Source of the DNA: Azolla caroliniana
Lineage: Eukaryota > Plantae > Polypodiophyta
Direction: 5' to 3'
Length of the DNA: 64,000 bases
Assembly: GCA_043228905.1 (NCBI GenBank)
Contig: JBHGNT010000018.1
Location: forward strand, 5,704,001 to 5,768,000
The notes beneath the pieces are model-generated. The model was not told where the DNA came from. It did no database searches and saw only the letters and a list, made by a program, of their open reading frames with translations. Shown piece after piece: positions 1-12,500 of the stretch (positions within the stretch are counted from its first letter, which is position 1; every line of letters starts with the position of its first letter). The position numbers and the translations under genes were made by a program.

Positions 1-496
1 GACTAAATTTCAGTGGCCAAGAGAAGGGAATGCCCTTCTGCATAGTTGAGTCCCAAGATAACTACACTTCTGCAGCCAGGGTTTTGCAGGATCCATCAAA
101 AAACAACCAAACCTAAACGAGCAATCCAGATACTGAATTAGGAACACCATTATATGTATTTATTTATATGCCCACAATGATATCAATGGTTAACCAGGAC
201 AAAAGTGTTCTCAAGATTAAAATCTGTTAGTTTTATCTATTTAGTTAACAAGAAATAGGCCAAAGCTCCACTCCACTCCACAGCAAATTATATGGGAGGG
301 GGGAAGGAAAAGAGAAAGACTGCGAAGGTTCCCCCAATTATGTGAGAGGGATTGGAAGCAGAAGGGAGAAACAAAAAAGGTATTATAGTGTAAATAATTG
401 ATATCAGAAAACAGCTAAGACTAAAATTAGCATAGGATTCACATAGATTATCTCGTGTAGTCAGACAGCCAAAATGGTAATCATTTTCCATAGCTC

Positions 497-3400
497 TCAA
501 CTAACGTTTAGATCCATCTCTGAAGTCATAGCCCCAACAAAAAGCTTCCTGCATAAACAATTAAAAAAATGAGACCTCGGGATGATGAACAGCAGACATA
601 CTTCTTCATATGTAGCTTCTGCTTGGGGGACAGATACTACAGGGGTGGACTTGATAACTACATGATTTTATTTTGTGAATTAAGTCATTTTTGGGTATGA
701 AATTAAAGAAACTGAGAATTTAAGAGCTTCAAATACTTTTGCAAGGCACGTCCTTGGGTAGCCAATGCTCGCTCCAATCGCACCTCAAATGGAGTTGCAT
801 GCCAGTTTACTTTCTGATCCTGTAGCAAAATATGGTACTCAATTATTATATCATTTAAGCATTTACAGTTGTAAAATAGACTACATTTAGAAAAAAAGAA
901 GTAAAATACATAATAAACAAAAGTCACTACCTCTTTGTACTTATTGGTAGAGTTGGGGATACCTTTCCCATCCCACCATGGTTGAGTTGAAGATGAGGAT
1001 GAATGACTCCAATGAGCTGCAACAGTTCCCAATATCGGTCTATCCTCGGCAAGTTTGGCAGGGGATGGCCCGCTTTGTATAGAGTTAGGGGTTTCGGCTG
1101 TTAAAGTTGATGCAAAAGAAGCTCTTGATGGTGTAAGTCCCTGTTGGCTAGAATTGGTTTCTGTTAGCAATGACATGGAGTGAGAGTCTAGTGAATTTGG
1201 TGGTGAAAACAGCATATCTGAAGATGAACCTAGGGTAATCACATGTGGTGATCCTGGTGTTGCACCTGATGTCGCTTCCATTACAAACTGTTCCTTATTT
1301 TTACTTAATTCTTCCCCATCTAGAAATGTTGGTTTCTTAGGATCGCCATAGCCTGTCAATGTTGAGCTGAGAATTGTGGTAGTAATTGATGGATTTTGTT
1401 CTTGCTCAAATTCTCCCTCATTTAACATTTCTGATATACACAATGTGTTCTGGTCCAAGAATGCTACCTTGTCTACATGTGACTTTTTCACAGAAGCTCT
1501 GTCTTCTATGCCAGGAGTTTGCAGAAGCTGAGATGTGGTGTTTACTTCCTCACAATCATTGATGCATCTATCATTTTTATACTTAATAGAGTGCCTGTCT
1601 TCCTCTGAAGCGAAATTTTGCAGAATCACAGAATTCACTTTATCTGAATCATGGACAGGTACTATGTGTCTATCATTTAAAAGATCATTGTCAACCTCCT
1701 GTTCTCTATTGGAATCCATCAAATCAGCTTCAGAGAATCTAGAATTGCATACTTCATCAAAATCCTTGTCTTTCTCATTCCATGTCTGCTTAGACGACAC
1801 ATAATCCTGTGATATTGCTGCGTGGAAATCCATTTCACTGTCAGCATTGGAAAACATATCCGCCCTGGAGAAATCTAGAGATATTGCCTGTTCGGACAGC
1901 ACAGACTGCATCTCTTGCGTATCAGTACTAGTAGTGAATGCAAAATAGCTATCTAAAGCATCTTCTGCATTTTCACAACTCAGAACAGTTTCCTCTCTCA
2001 ACTTAATACAAGGTTGTTTTGAATCAGATAATTCTGTGTCTTCTACATGCTTCATTATCAACTGTTCATCATATATACAACTGTTATCTGCTTGATCCTC
2101 TTCTAGGAAGAATCCTGAAAAGGAAAGAGATCGTTTCTTACTAGTAGCTGGCACCAGCTTAGACTTACTCGCACTTGTGTGAATAGAATTAGATAGACCA
2201 TTGAGCTTTGATCGTTTCTGTTCAGCGTCAAATGCATCTTCAGTAACTTTGCTTTCAATATCATTAGACCTTGAATCGTGTAGCTGCTACAGCATTTACA
2301 GACAAAATTCAAAAATTTAACTAAAAAATGCAAGTTCTATTGCAAAAGATTAGATCACTGCTTGACAAGTTGCATACCACAGTGGTTTCTTCATGTAAAT
2401 CTCTTTGGTTGAGCTGCATGTCAGCATCACAAACAGGTTCAATTGTGTCATTGCCCTCTTCATTAGGAGCATTCAAGCAATTAGATTTGGATGATCTGCA
2501 GCAGAAAAATATATTCAGTTTATGAAACCAAATTCCCTACAACAAAACGCTTTGAGCCAAATGTCAGAAACTACTTAAAGAAAGATGATTTACCTTTGTT
2601 TAACTTGTCTTTCAGATTCAATCTTCGTGAGTAGTGACTGTAGAAGGATCAGCCGGGGTTTTCCTTCAACTTGACCCTCAGTCGATGCCTTTGCTAAATC
2701 ATCAAGGGCCTTCTTAAATGCTGTTGGAGAATCCAGAAGTTCACTACAACTTCGAAGATATCTCACCTATAGAATAGCAACAAATAACATTTACATTATT
2801 TCGATTGCACTAAAATTTGGGTAAATATTCAGCAAAGGCTTCTTACACAAGTATGGGACCAAAAGTAATATGCACCTCATCTGTAAGATTCTTTGCCTTA
2901 TCAGCTTCCTTGAGTAGCTTTCTAGTGAGGATGTCAAGCTCTTCTTTGAGTCTTCCAAGTTGACCTACTGATGAACCTTTTTCAACGCCAGTTCCTGGCT
3001 TGTTACAGAATAGAGGTTCCTGTCTTTTATCAGCATGTTGTTCTTCTGCTAACTTTTGAACTTCTTTCACTGGCTCTACAAAGTAGAGGTTCCAAAATAA
3101 TGATCAAGCCTTGAATACGCAGATATACAACTAATTGTATAAATATATGTATCATATACTATCTACCTGAAACGAAACCTGGTTCTGCAATACACTCGTC
3201 AGAATTCTGGTTTTGTTTCTGAAATAAGAAAAAAAAAATAGTGTAATTAGACGACGAATTAAATAGCCTTTTGTTGGATCAGCATCTTTGAAGCCCCACA
3301 GGAATGACAATGCAGCACAATTTAAGCAAAATCCAGTATTCTTGAGGGAGAATGAAAGCTTTTGTTGCCACAGCATCTAACAAACAGATTTATACATAAA

Positions 3401-3522
3401 TGAACAAAAATCCTGAAATTGCCTAATAAACAATCGTGATTACATACGTTGAAATGTGTGGATAGATCAACAGCATTGTTTCGTTTCTGCTTACGCCTGA
3501 AGCAGCTGAGGAGCCAATCCAT
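497..3522 (-). CDS. JASON: JASON-like protein, 8 exons: complement(join(497..548,737..819,931..2286,2378..2495,2594..2766,2876..3075,3167..3218,3448..3522)), about 702 aa
   Basis: Spliced translation gives the JASON-family C-terminal signature WWDGKGIPNSTNKYKE|DQKVNWHATPFEVRLERAL, the internal motif E|VRYLRSCSELLDSPTAFKK and an N-terminus MDWLLSCFRRK. All introns are GT-AG with consistent phases (2109 nt total). Small middle exons and the last exon are less certain. Confidence 0.85.
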
Positions 3523-4075
3523 ATGATGCTATATCAACAACCAAAGGAATTTCCAGAGTTTAAAGGAAGAAGCTATTGATCTTGGTCCTTCGCATTTACA
3601 GAACGATTAAAATGTGGTGCGGAAGCTGGAAAAACATGATACGCTTCTTTTTGCTGCATTTGCATCTGTTTATGCTTACTTTTCTGCTTCACTGTAGATG
3701 CATCGACTGAGAAGAAGAAGAAGAAGAAGTAAACTGGAATTATGATGGAACTTCTTTGAATAGAGAAATTTGGATGCCGATGCTAATGCTGAAGAATTTT
3801 GCAGGCGAAGTTGAAGAAGAAAGTTTATACAGCCGAACGAGACAGCTAGATCGAGCCAGAAAATGCAGAGAAAACAGAGCTAGGGGGAATCGAACAGTGT
3901 TGTCATGCGAAATACGTTAGAGATACTTCCTGATAACAACAACGATGGTCATGGAAGCTGGTCGTGAAAGAGCAATTGTCGCAAGCGTTTGATATATGTC
4001 AAAGAGGAGGAAGAAGAGGAATCATTCAGAGGAGAAGAAGGAGAAGAATATGGCGATGGCGATGTTGTGCAGAGA

Positions 4076-4110
4076 GAGAAGAAGAAGAAGAAGAAGAAGA
4101 AGAGAAAGAA
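4076..4110. repeat. (GAA)n microsatellite, (CTT)n on the gene strand, in the probable 5' UTR/promoter of the JASON-like gene; a second run lies at about 3711-3730
   Basis: Directly visible gaagaagaag runs upstream of the ATG at 3522. Confidence 0.8.
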
Positions 4111-7100
4111 AGGAATCAAAAAGCGATGGCTACTCTGTCGAGTCTAGAGAGTCCATGTCGCGTTTCCATCATCCTCTCTCTAGAGTATGCAGAGAGCAGG
4201 GTCTAGAGAGTGGATGCCTGTGCCCCACATCCTCTCTCTAGGTCTGTGGGGACGTCCTTCCTTTTAAAACTTTTTACCGCCCTTTCATCCGCCGCCTGCC
4301 AAAAGAAACAATTCATTTGTTTCTTTGTTTTGTTTTTCATTTCTGAGAAAAAAAAAAACCATTTCCTTTTTTTCACTATCATTTTCTTTTCTTTTTCCCA
4401 AATAAAATCATTTTCTTTCTAATATTTGGGTTTTTATTAACAATAAATAATAACTTAATCGGATAAGCACTGCAGCTCCGGAACAAGAAGAAGATGATGA
4501 TGAAGGAATGGTCACTCCCAAACCCTAAATTATCACGGGATGCAATGGATGGCATCGCAAACAATGGCAAGTGGAGATTTGCATCTCGGCAAATCACTCA
4601 TCCATGCTCGAAATCGCACAAGTTTGTAAAAGCTCTCCTAAGCCTTCACGACGATGTGAGTTTTTTTTTGCCTTTTTCCTAAGACTTGGTGTGGATGTCC
4701 GAAGGACTATTTGCACATAGGGGGTGGGATGGGATAACACAAACAAATAGGTTTTTTCGTGATATCCGGAGATTATTGACTATACTACTAAATACCAATT
4801 ACTTGAAGAGTCCTCAGTTTGAAAATATATTTAAAATCTTGAATGAACATCCAAGAATGGATGATGCAAGTTTTTGTTACTTTTTCCAAGACCAAGTGGG
4901 TTGTACTTTTGGGTTGTGTGGATGAATAGAAGGTGAGGTGAGCCTTTCTCCTTCTATTCATGCATACTAGATCAAACGCAAGAGCGAGCATGATTTCGGC
5001 TCAACATTACTTTCAATAGGTGTGCAACGGATGTCCTCTCTAAAATTCCTGCATGTTTTTTGGTTTATGTGTTGACATTCAGTCCTAGTGGTGAACTATA
5101 TTTTTATTGACCCCATGCATTTATTTGAGGTTCATTTATCTACTCAACGACATTGTGGAATATTGAGAATTGAAGCCGTGAACTTTTTGGCTTGCATCAC
5201 ATAACCTTATCATTATGCCTCATGACCCTCCTAATGGTGGCACATGTTGCCCTTCGAGTGTTAAGAGGGGTGGAGTTGCGATTTTGTATTGCCTCGTGCT
5301 ACAATAAAGAGTTTCTTTTATAGCCTTCTTGGGCCTATCCCCATAAACTCATAAGGTTCATGCCCCGTCATATCTTCTTAGCCATCTTCCCATGTACTTA
5401 CATTATTCGAACACGCTCTTATGTACTCTTTTTTTGTTTTCTTGAAAGATTTGATTCTTACATACTCTTAAAGATGTACAATTATAAAGAGAACTGGAAA
5501 TGATCAAACATGTTGCCTACTACATGCTATGTATTACCTATAATTTAAGCATAGAACCATATAAAGATGTTTAATTGCAAAGCAACAAACATAATTGATC
5601 AAGTCTTGGTTATGGATGGTTAAAAGATTAGGTTTTACCATTGCATTGATTTGTACCTAAACATGTTGTACCATATTGAACTAAAAAATTGATGTCCAAT
5701 CCACCTGTGCTCCCTCCAATTGATGTGGCAAACATTGACTTCAAGGCTTCACTGCATCCACTTCTTGGTTTCATGTCCTCAATAAAGTTTTTGTCTTGGG
5801 ACATACATAGCTAGCTTATCTTTTCAAGGGGCTCCATCTACAAGAAAGTGGCATGTCAACAGAATTGCCAAAATGAGATTGATGATGGTGAATAATACTA
5901 GTTGGTGGACCACCTACAAAGATAGAGGAACGATGGACAAAGCAACGAAAGAAGAAGAAAGCTAGAATAGTAGTGGGTCCAACTGCATTAAAGAAGAAGG
6001 TATGCCAAACATTTGTCATCAAAGAAGAATATGTGGAGGTAGCTCATTTTGTGGCACACTATATCATGGAAGTCAATGAACCAACTAGGCAAAAAAAACT
6101 ACTTTTCACAATAGAGGTCAAATTTTGTTATCAATACCATTTATGATGTAACCCAAATATATAGGGGAAAAGTTAGCATAGTTGTTTGAAGAGTTGGTGC
6201 ATGAACTCAATTTCATGTTGGAGACATGCCTATATTAAACAAAAGTGGCACTCAAAAGGGCATATCAAAAGTCTCAATGATGTTACCACCAAACACTCCA
6301 AGCATTGTAGTTGGTTCAAACATAAGCACTCAATACCATCAACAAATGTATATGAAAGGATGGATATACATCAACAACAATGCCATGTATTGCAATCAAT
6401 CCAACAGTCCATTCACACTAATGAAATCATAAAACTCTATGCACCGAGCACTCATAGTGTTGTTGAAACAAGATTACAATGACTATTACTACCTTGTGAA
6501 GCTCCGAGGAAAAAATTAGGAAGCTTTGGTGGAGCTCAACCATTCGCTTTACAAGCTCCAATTGGAAGCAACAAAACATCCACAGATGGCATGTACGTGT
6601 TGCAATGCACAAGTAGATTTGACTTGGACGGAAAGTTTTCGAGATTACAAGAACTTTCCTTTGAAAGTGGATAGCTTAATTAAAAAAGAAAACTACAATA
6701 ATGTGTGTATCGTGGTCTATTGGCCAAAGATCAAGGTGTGGTTGAACAAGTGATGCGAGGATCCCTCGAGTTGGCCATTGTGACCACTAATATCAATCTG
6801 AAGATTTCCAACATTTCAATGGCAGAGGTCATATTATTTAGATTCATGAATGCTTCGGAAAAGTAAAGAAGTGTTCATGAGGTGATATTTTGTAGTTTGT
6901 TTGGTATTTTACTTCTCTTCATGTTGTACAAGAATACTGTTAACATCTCTTCAAAATGCAGTTCCGGATTATACTTTCTGTCTTCAACAAAATAATAGCT
7001 TGATGTACACACATGTTGAAGAAAACAACTGCATGGGCATCATGGAAAGTTCGGTGTCTACAAATGCAACAGATGGAATAGGTGTTGAAGTACAAAAAAT

Positions 7101-8702
7101 TGCCAAGCATGTTGTTGGTGACAATTCAATGTGCATCATTCACTGACTCAAATGATAGACAAATTGAGCCTAATGTTGTGGCTGAAAATATTTTTAGCAT
7201 GGATTCTTGTGTGGAGAATTTAAGTCAAGCTCTTCATTTTGAAAGTAAAATTAAGGAACATTCTTAGGATATCCACTCCTTCCACGATGAAGAGAATATT
7301 TAAGCTAATTCAAATGCCCTAGTATGTATTGATTATTCAATGGAAGAATGTCAAGATGAATCATCGTCAAAAAGGGTTTTGCTAGACGTTCATTACATAT
7401 AGGATGTCCAATGTCATTCTTTGTTATAGGTCATCATGGCTAGAGCCATCATAATGTCTTTAGCTTAATAATCATTTCGTCATGTATGCAAAAGTTCTAT
7501 TAATGAAGAATAATTGTTTTGGAAAGAAAAAGAATATTGTCAGCATCCGATGCTTTAAGATATTAAAATCAAAGAATAATAGAAATAAAGATAGTTTTTT
7601 CCGCCCCTTGTCTTGAAAAGACCTTGCATGAGGGTTTCCACTACTACACATGTTGATTCATGTGGGTAGGAGGGTTGTAATAGATTGTATGGATACTTTG
7701 TAGCCTTTGGGCATCTTTTCATTAATACCACGGTGAATCTTGACTTAAAAAGAAAAAGAAAAAGAAAAAGAAAAAGAAATAAAGATAGTTTTATTTCAAA
7801 CTCATGACATAAGGAGAGTGCAACATTTTTTTCAATGAGAGAGGTCATGAGTCATGACTCATACCTTTTAAGCTCATGAATGCTTCAGAAAAGTAAAGAA
7901 GTGTTCATAAGACGATATTTTGTAGTTTGTTTGGTATTTTACTTCTCTTCATGTTGTACAAGAGTATTTTCAGCATCCGATCCTTTAAGATATTAAAATA
8001 AAAAAATAATAGAAATAAAGATAGTTTTATTTCAAACTCATGACATAAGAAGAGTTTAACATTTTTTTGACATTTAGAGGTTGGGTTACTTAATTGCCTT
8101 TCCAATTTTGACATGAACCAATACATACGCATATGCGGCATATGTACATGTGTACACACATGTAGACATATGCATGTTGCAATCTTTCTTGAGCCAACTT
8201 TTGATTTGCTCTTTGAATAGATTTGTCATTTTTTAACGACATTCTCTTGATAATAGTTTTTCTTGTTCCTAGGGTTATGAAAATTAACCAAAGAATGCCC
8301 TCAAAATGTGCCCCATGTGATGACATTGTAGACTTGTTGCCATAATTTGACTTTCAATTATCATATAAGAAGATGGTTTTCCACTTCTTACTTGTGTGCA
8401 TTTTCTCCTATTGATTATAATTGGTTATGTGTTTAAAATCTAAGAGTGCATGCCCTCCTCTTCATATTGGATATCGCACAAACTTCCATCATATTACATA
8501 TGTTCATTTTACAAACACGTGCTTTATTTCATTGTGTTCGTTGCTCTTCCAAGTGAATATTTGTACAATTTGAGTATGTGTCACTCATTGCCTTAATTAC
8601 ATGTTGGACAAGTTTGTAAATAACAAAATAATACACGTTTTTTCGTCCGTCTGTTCGTGTAGATACGATATAACAACGAATGATGTTTTGTCACAAGAGG
8701 TT

Positions 8703-9441
8703 TCAATTGAAATCGAAACGCATCAACAACTTGACAGGGCAAAGATCGCTTCCGTCTATATCATACAACGGAACGGCTCGAATGCCAGGCTTTAGTTCTG
8801 AAATCGGAAGGCAAGTTTGTCCACCGAAGTCATCCTTGCCCTGGTCATGGTCGAGCACCTCAATACTTAAGAGGGCCAACTCAGGTACTCTTAGAGGGAA
8901 CTCAAACTCCTCATCCCAATGAGGGGTCCAATTGTCAATTATAGTTTGTGTCCTCTTCATGACAGTGTCTGCTTTGACACCAGCAATGCCCACCTATAAC
9001 ATTCTCCTTTATGTCAGTGATACAATAATGATGTATGTTGTTACTGTTGTTATTGTTGATGATGATGTAGTTAGTCATTCATATTTGAGGTTTAAAACCA
9101 GTCATATTGTGAAATGCACATACAATATAAAGTTTACAAAATCAAAGTTTTTGTTCATGAAGAAAATAGTGATGCAACTATATATGTATATGCATGCATG
9201 TGCACTATGATGATGATGATGATATAGGTATGTATACTTACCTTTACATAGAAGTCAGGAGGTGTATATGAATCAAAATGAGTCCTTGTAAACTTTTTCC
9301 GCCATCCTTTTCCTTGATAAAGTTTCACCTGCAAGGGAATCAATCTCATATGGAGTGTAAGTGAAATATGACATCAAAGTTATAAAGAATCGGATATGAT
9401 TGTGTGCATCGGAATGTGTATGTGTGTGTGTGTAAAACAAA

Positions 9442-9501
<60 letters not shown>

Positions 9502-12500
9502 AAGAAGTTGTATTAGACAAGAATGAAATACATCCAACAATAACTTAGTTACAAAGGGTTGGTTTAAGTACCAACTAACTTAGGGCAACTGCCCTTTCTA
9601 CTATTTACAAGACTAGCCTAGTGTGTCCAATGCTAGTGTGAAAGCCATTTCATTGGGGAAGTTGGGTTTGATTCTCAACATGCCCCTTCGAACACAACTT
9701 CTGGTCGCTGAAGAGATTGTCTCGTTGTTTTGACTCGTTTCGGCTTTCTAGATTTCACGGCTCCATGGCCGGATGGTCGGATGGCTCAGCTTCAATTGTT
9801 TCGTACTCCTTGTTCGGCGTGTCTTAGAGTCCCCTCAGTCGGCTTCGATCGACTGGTATTCGGTTGCTGCATTGTACTCGTTAGTTGTTGTACTCCCCCT
9901 CAAGTTTGGCAATGCGGCTATCATTAGGCCAAGGTCCGCCATGAATTGCTTGAGCTTGTCGACTCCTAAGGCTTTGGTGAAGATGTCGGCCACCTGAAGG
10001 TTCGTGCTGATGTGCTACAGGTTAACATCTCCAGCCCGAACACGCTCTCGGATGAAGTGATAATGCACTTCAATATGCTTCGTGTGCGCGTGGAACACTA
10101 GGTTCCGAGCTAGAGTCCATTTGATGGAGGTGCCACCCTTTAGCAACTGCAAGTGTTGTGCAATGATTGTCTGAACAATTGTCATCTTTGCCACAGAGCA
10201 AAGGTCTCCTCATAATCGACTCTGTGTGTTTGAGCATATCCCTTAGCTACGAGTCGTGCCTTGTAGTGGTTCACTGAGCCATCGACATTATATGTTGAAG
10301 ACAAATGCAAGGAATATCGCTCGGCCACAACCGAGTAGTAAATCACTTCTATAAGAATCAAACATAGAAATGGGAAGTGGAGAGTACACAAAGAAAATGA
10401 CACAGGATGTTTATGTGGAAAACCCTAATAGGGAAAAACCCACAGGAGCCCACAAACTCCGAACTATCACTATGAAGAGAAGGGGTACAATCAGAGACTC
10501 GGAGGCAACGACCTCGAGCTCTGTTTCTTCGCACAGTGGCGGTTACAACAGAGTATCGCTCTGTATCTCTCTCTCTATACAACAGTTACAACAATATGAC
10601 AACAACACAATCACACACTAAAGTGATTGCCCTAAGTCATATTTATAGTTGTATGAACTTAGGGCTATTTACAATATAGCCTCAATGGGCTTATTCAAGA
10701 CATATTTACAAATATGTCTTTCTTCCGGTTCTCATCAGGTCTCCTCCGGTTTCAAGATCTCTTCCAGTTCTCATCGGGTTCTCTTTATTCATCACTGGAT
10801 CCCATCCGAAGAGACCAATTTCCCAACAATATCCCCCTTCACTCCGGTATGGGATGACTTGTAAGTCCGATCCGCTTCAACATGCGTCCAGCTTGTCGGG
10901 TGTCAGCACCTTGGTTAGCATATCCGACCCGTTCTCCTCCGTGTGGATCTTCGTCAGCAGGAACTCTCGATCTTCAACTCGCTCCCGGATCCAGTGGTAC
11001 TTGTGCTAGATGTGCTTCATTCTGGAATGGTATGCCGCGTTCTTTGCAAGGTGGATGGCACAAAGCCGGTATTCCTTTTGCCGGATCCCTAGCTCTCCGA
11101 TAAAGTCCTTCATCCATAATATTTCCTTGCCGGCTTCCACGATTGCCATGTACTCCGCCTCTGTGGTTGACAACACAATTGTCTTCTATAGCCATGACTG
11201 CCATGAAACGACTCCCCCTGCATAGGTCATGACATATCCGGAAGTTGATCGGCTGGTGTCCACATCAACCGACATATCCGAATCGGTAAAGCCTTCCATG
11301 AGGGGTTTACCGGAGCCGAATCGGAGGCAAATACTTGAAGTGTTGGGAGACAAGTCCCTCAGGATGGGAAGGGAGAAGAACAGTGCTGATGAACAAACTC
11401 GGCAGAGGCCGATAGGTCGAGGCCGAAACCGTATGACGAGTACCCGGCTACGGAGAGCCGGATGATGCAGACCCGGTGAGAACCGGATGAGAAGTACCCG
11501 ACTACGGAGAGCCGGATGGTGCAGACCCGGTGAGGACCGGATGAGGAGTACCCAGCTACGGAGAGCCGGATGGTGCAGACCCGGTGAGAACCGGATGAGG
11601 AGTACCCGGCTACGGAGAGCCGGATGGTGCAGACCCGATGAGGAGTGCTCACCAGATGAAGAGACATATTCATAAATATGTTTCTGAGAGTCCATCATGG
11701 CTATATTTGTAAATAGCCGAAAAGTCATATTAGTATAAATATGACTTAGGGTAAACTTTTAGAGGTTGTTGTTATTCTTGTCTGCGCGAGATCAGAGCGC
11801 GTTACTGTGTACAGAGAGAGAGAGAGAGGAAGAGGTCATTGCCTCTGTTGTAACCGCCGCCTGTGGCGAAGATCGTGAGCACGAGGTTGTTGCCTCCGTA
11901 AACTCACTGTTGTACATTCTAGCATAGTGATAGTTTGCAGCCTGTGGGCTGCCTTGGTTTTTCCCTAGTTTGGGTTTTCCACGTAAACATCATGTGTACT
12001 CTTCTCTTCTTTGTGTCGTGCGTTTCATTTCCCGTTTTTCTGTGTATGATTCTAAGCTCGGTTGTGGCCAAGCGTTGCGTATAGGGAGCGTTTCAGTTCC
12101 CGTCAAATGGTATCAGAGCGAAACGACACAGAAAATGGACGAATCGTTGGTAGGCATGTTTAAGCTCACCGGCTCCAACTATTCGGTGTGGAAGTCGAAG
12201 ATGAGGGACATGCTCGTGGTTAAAGACCTCTGGCTGCCGGTTCAGTTCGGGGACAAGAGACCGGACAAAATCGACGCCGCGATATGAGAGGTGATGCACA
12301 TGAAGACCACGACATACATACGGTGCTTCATCGACATGAGCCTATACAACAACTTCAATGAAGAGAGCAAGGCTCATGAGCTCTGGGAGAAGATCGACAT
12401 AATGTTTCAAAACAAAAATGTTGTTAATCAGGTTTCGGTATTCTGGAAGCTGGTAAGACTCCGGTACCAAGATGGCTCCAGCATGGCGGAGCACATGAAT

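Noticed and set aside
703-2154. 483-aa single-exon ORF
   Set aside because: It is exon 6, a read-through intron and exon 7 of the spliced JASON-like gene, not a separate gene.
3964-4241. Poly-E / poly-R ORFs
   Set aside because: Translations of the (GAA)n microsatellite.
5400-7450. Possible decayed MULE/SWIM transposase (ACTCCNA motif, coding-like composition)
   Set aside because: Too fragmented, with no TIR, TSD or DDE motif that I can support; a translated HMM search is needed.
11186-11728. ORFs with 18-aa repeats and a CRISPR-like regular repeat
   Set aside because: These are 54-bp head-to-tail LTR repeats with no unique spacers and no cas genes, in a plant genome.
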